Source: Myxococcales bacterium (GTDB lineage: Bacteria; Myxococcota_A; Polyangia; JAAYKL01). From it: DNA of 62,090 nt. The position numbers and the translations under genes are program-made. The stretch covers positions 1 to 62,090 of the forward strand of contig JAAYKL010000028.1 in NCBI GenBank assembly GCA_012522445.1. The letters are read 5' to 3'. How positions within the stretch are numbered: the stretch's first letter is position 1; the number at the start of each line of letters is the position of its first letter. The notes under the pieces are model-generated. The model saw only the letters and a program-made list of their open reading frames with translations, made no database searches and had not been told where the DNA came from. This document shows, piece after piece, positions 40,624-50,677 of this stretch.

Positions 40624-41724
40624 TTGAGCAACGACACAAAAAACCCCGAAGAGATGTCATTGGCCGAATTGCTCGGAGGCGGTACGCCACTGGAGCCCGA
40701 TCAAAGCACACCCGACGAAGCGCCAGTGGATGAAGCTGGCTCCGGGATGATCAACTTGGCGCAAATGGTCATGACGGCCAATAAGCCGAAGCCCGCCCCA
40801 GTCCAAGCCGCTCCCGCACCCGCCGACACCTTTGGCGCCCAGCAGAGCGCTTGGGGTACGGCTGCGCCCGACGCTGCCATGGGCGGGGCTCCCGTCATGT
40901 CGCCCACCGCCGCGCAAAAGAAACCACCGATGGCCCTGTTCATTGGCATTGGCGTGGCTGCGCTCTTGGTCGTCGGCGTTGTGGTCGCGCTGCTGGTAAA
41001 CAGCACCAAGGGCGACGCCTCGCGCGATGCCGAACTCCAAGCCCTGCAGGCCCAGTTGGCCATCGCCCTCGAAAAGGCCAAGGCCTCTGGCGACGAAGAA
41101 GAAATTGCGCGCCTGCAAGCCAAGGTGGATGCCTCGGCGGCCGGAGAGATGGTGGAGCCCGAGACCATGGATTTCTCCGACGGCGATGACGATGAGGACG
41201 GCGACGACGATGACGACGACGACCCCGATCCCGCCAAGCCCCGACGCGCTGGCCGACGACCCGGCAAAGCGGCCACCAAGACTGCCGCCACAACGACGAC
41301 GCCCACCGCAGCCACCCCCAAGGCAGAGACCCCTGCTGCTGCCACCCCCAAGGCGGATGCCCCCAAGGGCAACGCGGCCAGCAAAAAGGGCAACACCTCC
41401 GAACTCGACAGCTTGCTGAGCGGCGGAACCAAGGCCCCGGCACCGTCGGCGGGCCTCCCGGCAAAACCCTCCAAGGCCCAAGTGGCTAGCGCCATGGCGC
41501 CCGTAGCGAGCAAGTCCCAATCCACGTGCAAGCAATGGGGCACCGGACGGGTATCGATCCGCGTGGTGGTGGGCGGCAACGGCCGTGTACGCGACGCCGT
41601 TCCCCAGGGCGAACACGCCGCGTCTCCGCTGGGGCGCTGCGTCTCCAAAGTGGCCCTGACGGCGAGTTTCCCCCCGTTCACCGACCCCACCCTCACCTTC
41701 ACCTATCCCATCAACATCAACTAA
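40624..41724 (+). CDS. Single-pass membrane protein with a coiled coil, a poly-acidic/Pro-Ala-Lys-rich spacer and a C-terminal TonB-C/TolA-like beta domain
   Basis: TTG start with RBS AAGGAG. TM MALFIGIGVAALLVVGVVVALLV. Acidic run DDDEDGDDDDDDDPD. C-terminus GRVSIRVVVGGNGRVRDAV...TLTFTYPI. Confidence 0.55.
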   Translation: MSNDTKNPEEMSLAELLGGGTPLEPDQSTPDEAPVDEAGSGMINLAQMVMTANKPKPAPVQAAPAPADTFGAQQSAWGTAAPDAAMGGAPVMSPTAAQKKPPMALFIGIGVAALLVVGVVVALLVNSTKGDASRDAELQALQAQLAIALEKAKASGDEEEIARLQAKVDASAAGEMVEPETMDFSDGDDDEDGDDDDDDDPDPAKPRRAGRRPGKAATKTAATTTTPTAATPKAETPAAATPKADAPKGNAASKKGNTSELDSLLSGGTKAPAPSAGLPAKPSKAQVASAMAPVASKSQSTCKQWGTGRVSIRVVVGGNGRVRDAVPQGEHAASPLGRCVSKVALTASFPPFTDPTLTFTYPININ

Positions 41725-41730
41725 CTCCTA

Positions 41731-43773
41731 TTGCCAAACGCCGCCCGCTCAACGCCGCATCTCCATTTCTTCAGCCCCCTCATCGCCGTGATGCTCGCCA
41801 TCGCGCCCCTCGGGCTACACGCTGCCGCACCACAACTTACGGCGCGGGCAACTTGGCATCCCGCAGATGTGCGCCCCGGCGAGTACGCCGTCCTACAACT
41901 CACCATCGACATCCCGCGCAACTTCTATCTCTACAGCCCCACCCGCATCCCCAACGGCCCGATGCCCCTGTCGCTCACCGCAACGGGGATGGACGCGTGG
42001 CACCCAGAGGGCCCCTGGCACGGCCCCACCCCGCAGGTCATCTGGGATGAAGGCTTCGAAACATTCATCGAGTACCACCGGGGCACCGCCCCATTTCAGC
42101 GCGTCTTTCGCGCGGGAAGCGCCCCGTCCCCAAGCGCCGCATCCCCCGTGCCAACCCTGCACATCAAGGGGCAAATTTGCGACGACACCACGTGCCACGC
42201 CCAATCCCTGACGCTGCCCCTAACGATGCCCCGCGAACACCCCGGGACACCGCGTCCCGACCACGCGCAGCCGCCCGTCCTCTCACGAGAGCCCTATCCC
42301 GCAGACCGCCCGCCACCGACGCGCGCCACCGCCCTTGCCGCACCCGAAGCTCCCCTGGACCGCCCCGAAACCATGTCCCTGTGGGCCTTTCTGCTCATGG
42401 CCGTCATCGCGGGATTCGGCGCCCTGCTCACGCCGTGCGTCTTTCCCATGGTGCCCATCACCATCAGCTATTTCTCGAAGTACACGCACATCTCGACCCG
42501 CCGCAGCCTCTTCATGGCGGCCCTGTACACCCTCACCATCGTCGTTGTCTTCGCCCTGGTGGGCGTCTTTGCCGCCCTATTCTTCGGGGCCACCAGCATG
42601 CAAACCCTGGCCACCCACCCCATCTTCAACGCCGCGATGGTTCTCCTGCTGGTCTTCTTTGCCCTCACCTTGTTTGGCACCGTCGAATTGCGCGTGCCCA
42701 ACGCCCTGCTGCAGCGCCTCGGACAAAAAGAGGCCGCTCTCCAAAGCGCCCCGCACGGCGATCTCCGGCGCCAGGCCCTGGGCGTCCTGCTCATGGCCGT
42801 CACCTTCACCCTGGTGTCCTTCACTTGCACCGTGGGCTTTGTCGGCTGGGTGCTGGCCCTGGCGGCCCAAGGCGAAACGTTTTATCCCCTGGTGGGCATG
42901 ATGGCCTTTGCCGCGGCCTTTGCGCTGCCCTTTTTCTTTCTCGCGCTCTTCCCCAACCTCGCCAAGCGCCTGCAAGGTCGCGGGGGCGACTGGATGCTCG
43001 ATGTCAAAATCATCTTCGGCATTCTGGAGATCGCCGCGGCGTGCAAATTTCTCTCCAACCTCGACCTGCACTTCTCTTGGGGCCTGCTGTCGCGCCCCGT
43101 GGTACTCGCCGCCTGGACCCTGCTCTCCCTCGGCGCCGCCCTCTCTCTGTTGCGCCTTTGGCCCCGGCGTTCCCGCGCTCCCAAAGGACTCGCCGTCCAT
43201 CCCGCGCGCCTCTTCTTGGCCGTGCTGTTTGCCGGCATCGCCGCCTGGACCGCCCAGGGCGCCACCCACGAACGCCCCATGGGCAGTTGGGTGGATGGCT
43301 GGCTGCCACCGGTGCCCTACCCCACATCCGCCGCATTCGAGCCCGACGCGTCTCTCCCGACGACCTCCGCGCACCTCAGCTTCATCCGCGACGACATCCC
43401 CTTTGCCACGGCCCAAGCCGCACAGCAAAACCGCCCCCTGTTCATCGACTTCACCGGCCACCAGTGCGCCAACTGCCGCTGGATGGAAACATCGATGTTC
43501 ACGCGCCCCCAGGTGCGCACCGCTCTCGAAGGCATGGTGCGCGTCGCCGCCATCACCGACGGCGCTGGCGAAGTGCATCGCGCGCAAAATCGCCTCAAGC
43601 TCGAGCGCTTTCAAACCGCCGCCTTGCCCGTGTACGCCATCGTCAATCCCCACACCGATGCGGTGCTGGCCACCTTCATTGGCGCCACGCAGAGCGAATT
43701 GGATTTCGTAAAATTCCTCGAACGCGGGCAACAAGCTTTTCACGCGCAACAACAACATCCCGCCGATCCCTAG
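41731..43773 (+). CDS. dsbD: Thiol:disulfide interchange protein DsbD (alpha domain, CcdA-like TM core and C-terminal thioredoxin)
   Basis: Alpha-domain CDDTTC. TM cysteines LLTPCVFPM and FTCTVGF. Thioredoxin CANC. Exact start is uncertain (TTG 41731 or a downstream ATG). Confidence 0.8.
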   Translation: MPNAARSTPHLHFFSPLIAVMLAIAPLGLHAAAPQLTARATWHPADVRPGEYAVLQLTIDIPRNFYLYSPTRIPNGPMPLSLTATGMDAWHPEGPWHGPTPQVIWDEGFETFIEYHRGTAPFQRVFRAGSAPSPSAASPVPTLHIKGQICDDTTCHAQSLTLPLTMPREHPGTPRPDHAQPPVLSREPYPADRPPPTRATALAAPEAPLDRPETMSLWAFLLMAVIAGFGALLTPCVFPMVPITISYFSKYTHISTRRSLFMAALYTLTIVVVFALVGVFAALFFGATSMQTLATHPIFNAAMVLLLVFFALTLFGTVELRVPNALLQRLGQKEAALQSAPHGDLRRQALGVLLMAVTFTLVSFTCTVGFVGWVLALAAQGETFYPLVGMMAFAAAFALPFFFLALFPNLAKRLQGRGGDWMLDVKIIFGILEIAAACKFLSNLDLHFSWGLLSRPVVLAAWTLLSLGAALSLLRLWPRRSRAPKGLAVHPARLFLAVLFAGIAAWTAQGATHERPMGSWVDGWLPPVPYPTSAAFEPDASLPTTSAHLSFIRDDIPFATAQAAQQNRPLFIDFTGHQCANCRWMETSMFTRPQVRTALEGMVRVAAITDGAGEVHRAQNRLKLERFQTAALPVYAIVNPHTDAVLATFIGATQSELDFVKFLERGQQAFHAQQQHPADP

Positions 43774-43899
43774 CACCGCAAAACCGCCTGGCACCTGCAA
43801 AACCGCTTTGCTTCTTTTGCGCCAGCGGTTAAAAATTGAAACCACGGCGTCTTACAAAATCCACATGGCTTTTTTGAATCGAGCTCTTACATCAATGAT

Positions 43900-45225
43900 A
43901 TGATCACACGTCGCCCCATCAGCACCCAACCGCCTGCGCAGCAGCCCACGGCCCTCTGCATCAGCGAGGACAAATCCTTTCTCAACCACCTCCGCGTCAC
44001 ATTGGGCAAATCCGGCTTCACCGCCATCACCACCACCGCCTCCGCCGAAGGAGCTGCCCTGGCCGAACACAACACCATCGACGCCATCATCTGCGACTAC
44101 GACCTCACCACCACCGACGGCGCCACGCTCATTGAACGCATCCGCGAACAGCGCGCACCCCACCCCCTCCCCCCCACCGTGGTCACCGCCGAGCAGTACG
44201 CCCCTCCCCTCCATGCCCGGGTGCTCACCGCCGGTGCCGTCTACCTGCACAGCAAGTCCGATCCCATCGACGTCCTCGTCAGCAAGGTCATCTCCTTGCT
44301 CAAGGACACGCGCATGCAAAAATACGCCGAGTCCATGTTCGCCACCCGAGACATGCAGATGGTGCCGGATCCCCTAACCCGCGTGGCGAGCAAAAAGTAC
44401 TTCATCCGGCGCTTTGCCGCCGAATCCTCCGCGGCCACACGCGACACCAACGCCCTGTCGCTCCTGCTCATCGGCGTCGATCGCTACCGCTACATCATCG
44501 ACAAGCACGGCAAAAAAAACATCGACGCCCTCCTGGCCGGCACCGCGCGCCTCATCGAAGGCGAGCTGCGCAGCCGCGACTCCGTGGGCCGCTTCGACGA
44601 ATGCGTCTTCGCCGTGGCCCTCCCCGACACCGATCACGCTGCGGCCAAGGCCGTCGGTGACCGCCTACGGCGACTCATCAAGGCCACGGAATTCGGCAAT
44701 CTCGATCAGTCCATCCAAATCACGGTGAGCGTGGGGGTCTCGACACGCCCTCCCCAAAATCGCATCCCCCCCGAGAGCATCGTCGAACAGGCCGAACAAA
44801 ACCTCGCCATGGCGCGCGAACTCAACGGCGACCGCCTCATCGCCGACGAGCGCCTCTCGGGACAATCCGTGATCCTATTGGTGGCCAACGACGACCTGGC
44901 CTCCCGCTCCCTAATTCGCGACCTCAACGCCCTGGGCATTGAAGTGCACAGCGCGCACAACAGCGGGGCCGCCCAGTTTATCCTCGAGGAGCGCCTGCCC
45001 ACCGCCATCGCGGCCATCGACCCCTTGCCCGAAGACGAGACCGCCGACTTTCTGCACTGGGCGCGCAACAAATACCCCCGGGTCAAACGCCTGCTCATCT
45101 GCGCCCGCATCACGCCCGATCTCATGCGCCGCGCTGTCAACGACGCGGCCATCAACGCCTTTTTGTACATGCCTTGGCAAGCCGAAGACCTCAAAGCGCT
45201 TGCCGATCAACTGAAGAACGCATAA
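43900..45225 (+). CDS. REC / degenerate GGDEF / REC signalling protein. GGDEF A-site replaced by RFDEC with an intact RxxD I-site
   Basis: REC1 has Asp in AIICDYDL, Thr, and Lys in HSK. GGDEF fold reads LSLLLIGVDRYRYIIDKHGKK...RSRDSVGRFDECVFAV. REC2 has DD, Asp in AAIDPL, and Lys replaced (YMPW). Confidence 0.8.
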   Translation: MITRRPISTQPPAQQPTALCISEDKSFLNHLRVTLGKSGFTAITTTASAEGAALAEHNTIDAIICDYDLTTTDGATLIERIREQRAPHPLPPTVVTAEQYAPPLHARVLTAGAVYLHSKSDPIDVLVSKVISLLKDTRMQKYAESMFATRDMQMVPDPLTRVASKKYFIRRFAAESSAATRDTNALSLLLIGVDRYRYIIDKHGKKNIDALLAGTARLIEGELRSRDSVGRFDECVFAVALPDTDHAAAKAVGDRLRRLIKATEFGNLDQSIQITVSVGVSTRPPQNRIPPESIVEQAEQNLAMARELNGDRLIADERLSGQSVILLVANDDLASRSLIRDLNALGIEVHSAHNSGAAQFILEERLPTAIAAIDPLPEDETADFLHWARNKYPRVKRLLICARITPDLMRRAVNDAAINAFLYMPWQAEDLKALADQLKNA

Positions 45226-45285
45226 TCCCAATGCACGCCCTGCGCTGCGGCTCCCGCGCGCGCACCGCAACACCCAGGAGTTCCC

Positions 45286-46242
45286 ATGCTGCCACACTGC
45301 ACCCCCCGTCCCATTCACGCCCCGCGCCGCCCTTGGCACCTGAGCCACATCGCGACCGGGCTCTTGCTCCTCGGACTGCTCACCGCTTGCAGCGCGCGCC
45401 CCTTTGTCCTCACAGCGCGCCCCGAGCCCGATCTCGCGCCTTGGCAAGAAGACGTCGGCCACGGCAAGAGCGGCCACGCATTCCGCTACATGCACTTAGA
45501 CGCCCAGACGCCGGGCGACACCGCCTTCTTGTTTTTGCACGGCGGCATCTTCGATCACCGGCTGTGGTACTACATGCATCCCTTGGCGCAACACGGCGCG
45601 CTGTACGCCCTGGAGTTTCCCAATGTCCACGCCTTTCACGACGGCGGCATCGAGTCGATGGGGCGCATCGTCGATGACTTTGCCGCGCTCATCCCCGAGA
45701 CGCACATCTACGTGGTGGGGGTGTCGGCCGGCGCCTGGGCCGCCGTGGAATGGGCCATCACGCAGCGGGACAAAACCGTCGATGGCGTGGTGCTGGCCTC
45801 CAGCGTGATGTTCGGCGCCAACGCCAAAGAGAGCCGCAAACGCGCCCGCATGTCCCGCTTTGCCGTGGGGCTCACGCCGCCGCAACTGCAGCACATCGTC
45901 GAACGCCGCGCCCGCCGCACGACGTACACCGAGGCCGAAGGACCGCTGCAGCAAATCGACATCTTCTACACGCGTCCCTACCCCTACTACTACCAGCTCT
46001 TTCACCAAACCCACGCCCAAGGGGATCGCCGACAAAACACCGATGGCATCCGCTGCCCGCTCCTGGTGCTGCACGGCGACCGCGACAAAGTCATGCCCCT
46101 CGACGTGGCGCGCCTGACCCCCGCCATGTTTCCCAACGCGACGCGCACCGACTTTCAGGTGGTCCCGGGCGGCAACCACGACATGATCTTTGGCAACGGC
46201 GGCGACATCGCCCGGCGCATCGCCGACTTCTTTTTTGAGTAG
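45286..46242 (+). CDS. Alpha/beta-hydrolase fold lipoprotein
   Basis: Lipobox LLTACS. Nucleophile elbow GVSAG. His and Asp lie in the C-terminal region. RBS AGGAG. Confidence 0.75.
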   Translation: MLPHCTPRPIHAPRRPWHLSHIATGLLLLGLLTACSARPFVLTARPEPDLAPWQEDVGHGKSGHAFRYMHLDAQTPGDTAFLFLHGGIFDHRLWYYMHPLAQHGALYALEFPNVHAFHDGGIESMGRIVDDFAALIPETHIYVVGVSAGAWAAVEWAITQRDKTVDGVVLASSVMFGANAKESRKRARMSRFAVGLTPPQLQHIVERRARRTTYTEAEGPLQQIDIFYTRPYPYYYQLFHQTHAQGDRRQNTDGIRCPLLVLHGDRDKVMPLDVARLTPAMFPNATRTDFQVVPGGNHDMIFGNGGDIARRIADFFFE

Positions 46243-46247
46243 GCCCG

Positions 46248-48002
46248 ATGCCCGGTACGCCCGTCCGATTTCTGCCCACCACCCAGGATGAAATGCGCGC
46301 CCTGGGCTGGGCACAACTCGACGTGCTGCTCATCACCGGCGACCCTTACTTCGACCACCCGAGCCACGGCGCCGCCCTCATCGGCCGCGTATTGGAGCAG
46401 GCCGGTTACCGCGCGGGCATCCTGCCCCATCCCGACTGGTCCTCCCCCGCCGACTTCACCCGCATGGGACGCCCCGCCCTCTTTGTCGGCATCACCGCTG
46501 GCGCCGTCGACTCCATGCTCAACAACTACACCGCGCAGCGCCACCGCCGCAAAGGCGACGCCTACGCCACCGGCGCCGACGCAGAACAGCGCCCCAACTT
46601 CGCCACCCTCGTCTACGCCCAACGCGCGCGCGAGGCCTTTCCCGGGCTGCCCATCGTGCTCGGCGGCATCGAGGCCAGCACGCGCCGCTTCACCTACTTC
46701 GACTACATTAAAGGACAACTGCGCCGCAGCCTGCTGGTGGACACCCGGGCCGACCTGCTGGTGTTTGGCGCCGGCGAAACCCAAGTCCTCGAAATCGCAC
46801 AACGCCTGTCCCAAGGGCGCGACCTGCGCGGCATCCCCGGCACCGCCCGCCTGCTCAAGCGCGGCGAAACACCCCACGGCGTCGCCTTGCCCGACCACGA
46901 CGCCATCTGCCAAACCCCCGCCTTGCTGGTCACCCAAACGCAGCAAATCGAGACGCACAGCAGTCCGGGGCGCCCCACGGCCTTTTTTCAGCGCTATGCC
47001 GAAGGCGCCGTGCAATGCGAGCCCAGAGCCGAGATCAGCGACGCGCAATGGGAGGCGCTCACCCCGCCCTATTTCTCCCGCGACGCGCATCCCGCCTACC
47101 CCAAAGATCCCGCTGCCCTCGAGACGGTGCGTTGGTCGGTCATCGCCACGCGGGGCTGTCCCGGAGGGTGCAGTTTTTGCGCCATCGCCATGCACCAAGG
47201 GCGCCGCGTCAACTCCCGCTCCGAGGAGGCCATCGCCGCCGAAGTGCAACAACTCAGCGCCCATCCCCGGTTTCGCGGCACCGTCACCGACGTGGGTGGC
47301 CCCACCGCCAACGCCTGGGGCACCGCCATCAACGACCTCGCCCGCTGTCAAACCTGCGCGCGCGCCTCGTGCTACTTCCCGCGCATCTGCAGCAACCTCC
47401 GCACGCCGCAACACGACTTTGTGCAGATGTTGGGACGCCTCAAGCAGTTGCCGCGCATCCGCCACCTCTTCATCGCCAGCGGCATCCGCCACGATCTGGC
47501 CCTGCAGTCGCCGCCCTTCATCGACGCCTTGGCCCAACACCACACCGGCGGTCACCTCAAAGTCGCGCCAGAGCACGTGCACCCCGAGGTGTTGCGCCGC
47601 ATGCGCAAGCCGTCCATCGCCGCCTTCGAAGACTTTGCGGCGGCCTTCTTGCGCGCCAGCAAAGCCGCCCATCGCCAGCAGTACATCGTCCCCTACTTCA
47701 TCGCGGGCTTTCCCGGTTGCACGCCCGCCATGGGCAACAGCGCCGCCCACTGGCTCGCCCAACGCGGACAGCGCCTGCAGCAGATGCAAATCTTCATCCC
47801 CTTGCCCGGCACCATGGCCGCCGCGATGTACGCCGCCAAAATGGACGCAGACGGCGCGCCGCTCTACATTCCCCCAGATGCCGAACGCCGACGGCAAAAG
47901 AAAATACTGACCGGCGCCACCGCCCCGCAGCGACGGACGCAACAACCGCGCCGCACGGCGAGACGCCGCGTCCCCAACAGCACAAGGTCCAAAGCGAAAT
48001 GA
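46248..48002 (+). CDS. ygiQ: YgiQ-family (UPF0313) radical SAM protein
   Basis: CxxxCxxC motif reads [15 protein letters not shown]-terminal YgiQ-specific domain. Confidence 0.85.
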   Translation: MPGTPVRFLPTTQDEMRALGWAQLDVLLITGDPYFDHPSHGAALIGRVLEQAGYRAGILPHPDWSSPADFTRMGRPALFVGITAGAVDSMLNNYTAQRHRRKGDAYATGADAEQRPNFATLVYAQRAREAFPGLPIVLGGIEASTRRFTYFDYIKGQLRRSLLVDTRADLLVFGAGETQVLEIAQRLSQGRDLRGIPGTARLLKRGETPHGVALPDHDAICQTPALLVTQTQQIETHSSPGRPTAFFQRYAEGAVQCEPRAEISDAQWEALTPPYFSRDAHPAYPKDPAALETVRWSVIATRGCPGGCSFCAIAMHQGRRVNSRSEEAIAAEVQQLSAHPRFRGTVTDVGGPTANAWGTAINDLARCQTCARASCYFPRICSNLRTPQHDFVQMLGRLKQLPRIRHLFIASGIRHDLALQSPPFIDALAQHHTGGHLKVAPEHVHPEVLRRMRKPSIAAFEDFAAAFLRASKAAHRQQYIVPYFIAGFPGCTPAMGNSAAHWLAQRGQRLQQMQIFIPLPGTMAAAMYAAKMDADGAPLYIPPDAERRRQKKILTGATAPQRRTQQPRRTARRRVPNSTRSKAK

Positions 48003-48508
48003 ACCCCGAAGACGAAATGTACATGCGCATCGCCCTGGATTTGGCAGAGCAAGCCGCCGCGCACGGCGAAGTGCCGGTGGGCGCCATCATCGTCAAAGAG
48101 GGCCGCATCATCGGCATGGGGCGCAACCGCCGCGAAGCCGACCAAGATCCCCTGGCCCACGCCGAGGTGCTCGCCATCGCCCAGGCTGCGCACGACGTGG
48201 GCTTTTGGCGCCTGGACGACACCACCTTGTACGTCACCTTGGAACCCTGCCCCATGTGCGCCGGGGCCATCGTTAACGCGCGCATCCCGCGGGTGGTGTA
48301 CGGCGCCGCCGATCCCAAGGCCGGGGCGGTGCACTCGCTCTTCGCACTCCTGACAGACGCGCGCCTCAACCACCGCTGCGAGGTCACCGGAGGCGTCTTG
48401 GCCGAACCCAGCGCTGCGTTGTTGCGCCAATTCTTCGCCACGCTGCGCCAACAAAAAGCCGCATCCCGCGACCCCCAACCCCCTCCCGACACCACCGAAT
48501 CCCCATGA
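47999..48508 (+). CDS. tadA: tRNA-specific adenosine deaminase
   Basis: HAEVLAI ... PCPMCAGA deaminase zinc motifs. ATGA overlaps with both neighbours. Confidence 0.85.
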   Translation: MNPEDEMYMRIALDLAEQAAAHGEVPVGAIIVKEGRIIGMGRNRREADQDPLAHAEVLAIAQAAHDVGFWRLDDTTLYVTLEPCPMCAGAIVNARIPRVVYGAADPKAGAVHSLFALLTDARLNHRCEVTGGVLAEPSAALLRQFFATLRQQKAASRDPQPPPDTTESP

Positions 48509-50448
48509 ACACACCGCGCCCGCCATCGCCCGCCACCCGCACCCAATTTGCCGCAGCGTTCTTTCTCGGCACCCTGCTGTGCCTCTTCGCCGATGTCTTC
48601 GCCCTGCTCGCGGCCCCGCAAAGTGCCGTGGCGCAACTGGCCCTGCTCAAGTGGCTCCCCCTGCTCTTCATCGCCGCCCCCAGCCTCGCCGCCCTTTACG
48701 CCGCCCTCATCGCCGCGATCCACCAGCGCGCCGCCGCCACCACACACCCGCGACGCTACCGCCTGCTGGCCGACGCCCTCGCCACCGCGCCCCTCTGGTG
48801 GCAAGTGCCGCCCCTCTTCGCCGGTCCCGCCATCGCCGCCAGTCCCCTCAAATGGCCCCTGCTGCTGCTGGCCCTGTTCGCCGCGCTTTCCGGGGTCGTC
48901 CTGCTGCGCCACCTGTTCACCTGGCTCCACGCACAAGCCGCACACACCGCCCGTTCTCCGCACCTGGTGCGCATCGCATGTCTGCTGGCGGCCCCCGGGG
49001 TTTATCTGGTGCTGCGCGCCGCCTCTGTGCGCATCCTGCCGTTTTTATACTGGCCCTTTCACCGCAGCCTGGCCCTTCTGGCCTTTGCCATCGTCAGCGC
49101 CCTGCTCTTCGTCTCCATGGCTCACCGTCCCCTGCGCATCGCCCCGCGCCCCCTCTTTGCCGCCCTGGGTGCCGCCGCGCTCTTGGGCTTCGGCGCACAC
49201 CTCGTCATGGCGGGCACCACGGCCTCGGCCCGCCAACGCCTCGTCCAACACACCGCCTTCGTGCAGCCCTTTGTCCCCGCGCTTTACGCCCTGGAGTTCT
49301 TCATCGAAAGCCGCACCAGCGCGCCCCACACCGCCAGCGCGACGCAGCCCATCTACTACGCCGACATCGCCTTTCGCGGCGACAAGCGCCCCATCCTCTA
49401 CATCACCATCGACGCCATGCGTGCCGACCTGCTCGTGCCCGACGCCCCCGACGACTCGCCCATGCCCTTTCTCTCGCGCCTTTGCCAGCAGCACCGCTGT
49501 TACGAAACCGCCTACGCGCCGAGCAACTACACCCCCCTCTCCATCCCCGCCATGTGCTTCGGACGACACCTCAACCCCGCGCAACCGCCGCCCAGCACCA
49601 TGACCTCACCGCTGCATCCCCTGCACCGCGCCGGCTACGACACCCACTTCTTCTTCACCGTGGACGCCATGGCCTTTTTCGAGAACACCACCGCGGCCCC
49701 CCTGGTGCAGCGGCAATTCGGCTTTCGCAATTACAGCGGCGATTACGAGTCCGCCGAAATCATTTTGCCCAAGGTGCAGCGCGCCTTGTCGCGCCCGGGT
49801 CCCAGCATGGTGTGGGTACACTTGGCCGACCTGCACCAACCCTTCTTGCTGCACGGGCGCAGCGGTACGCACAACACGCGTTGCCCCAAGGACTACCGCG
49901 GACAAGCCGCCTGCCTAGACGCCGAGCTCGCCCAGTTCATGACCTGGCTCGCCGCGCACCACCCGGACGCGGTGTGGGCCATCAGCGCCGATCACGGCGA
50001 GTCCTTTGGCGAACACGGCACCCAACTCCACGGCACCACCCTCTACGACGAACAGGTGCGGGTGCCCTTAATCGCGGGCGGACCTGGCACGACGCCGCTG
50101 CGCATCGCGACCCCCGTCAGCAATCTCGACATCTGGTACACCTTGTTGCAACTGGCCGGCGCCTCCCTGCCCCCGGATGCCCCCGCCTTGCCCACCGGCG
50201 ACCAACGCGACGCCCAAACCGCTCCCGTGCTGCTCGTCTCCCGCGACGCCTGCGCCCTCATCGCCTCTGGCCACAAGCTCATCGTCGACCGCAAGCTCGG
50301 CACGGTGGCCCTATTCGACATGCGCAACGACCCCGAAGAGCTGCGCTCGCTCAGCGATGTCCAACCCCAACGCGTCCGCGACATGGCCCGGCAGATGCCC
50401 GCCCTGGGGTGTCCCCACCACCTGCCCGCCGCCCTCATCGCGCCCTAA
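48505..50448 (+). CDS. Polytopic membrane protein with an alkaline-phosphatase/sulfatase-superfamily domain (EptA/LtaS-type phosphotransferase-like)
   Basis: About 6 N-terminal TM helices. C-terminal domain reads [12 protein letters not shown] ... [13 protein letters not shown] (Thr/Ser-x-x-S-I-P-x-M pattern rather than sulfatase CxPxR) ... [14 protein letters not shown]. Confidence 0.7.
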   Translation: MNTPRPPSPATRTQFAAAFFLGTLLCLFADVFALLAAPQSAVAQLALLKWLPLLFIAAPSLAALYAALIAAIHQRAAATTHPRRYRLLADALATAPLWWQVPPLFAGPAIAASPLKWPLLLLALFAALSGVVLLRHLFTWLHAQAAHTARSPHLVRIACLLAAPGVYLVLRAASVRILPFLYWPFHRSLALLAFAIVSALLFVSMAHRPLRIAPRPLFAALGAAALLGFGAHLVMAGTTASARQRLVQHTAFVQPFVPALYALEFFIESRTSAPHTASATQPIYYADIAFRGDKRPILYITIDAMRADLLVPDAPDDSPMPFLSRLCQQHRCYETAYAPSNYTPLSIPAMCFGRHLNPAQPPPSTMTSPLHPLHRAGYDTHFFFTVDAMAFFENTTAAPLVQRQFGFRNYSGDYESAEIILPKVQRALSRPGPSMVWVHLADLHQPFLLHGRSGTHNTRCPKDYRGQAACLDAELAQFMTWLAAHHPDAVWAISADHGESFGEHGTQLHGTTLYDEQVRVPLIAGGPGTTPLRIATPVSNLDIWYTLLQLAGASLPPDAPALPTGDQRDAQTAPVLLVSRDACALIASGHKLIVDRKLGTVALFDMRNDPEELRSLSDVQPQRVRDMARQMPALGCPHHLPAALIAP

Positions 50449-50618
50449 AGGCACACAGGCGCGCCGCGGCCCGGCGCCGAGAGATCGCATTTGCGCCATC
50501 AGAGTGATTATTTTTGGCGATTTTGCGGCGTGAAATTCACATACACTGTTATTACCGTCCGCTTGAAATCAATGGGATTGCGGGTGTGAAGGCGTCGCCA
50601 CAACGGCACATGCCCCAC

Positions 50619-50649
50619 GCGCAACTCCTCAAAAAACACGCGTCGCGTC
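50619..50649 (+). promoter_or_regulatory. Candidate operator CGCGCAA...AAAACACGCGTCGCG upstream of the FGE-fold lipoprotein gene
   Basis: The 13-mer AAAACACGCGTCG is shared exactly with 54543-54555 in the GH51-like/PL11 divergent intergenic region. Confidence 0.35.
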
Positions 50650-50677
50650 CATCAACGCGGAGAAAAGGAGTGTCTCA

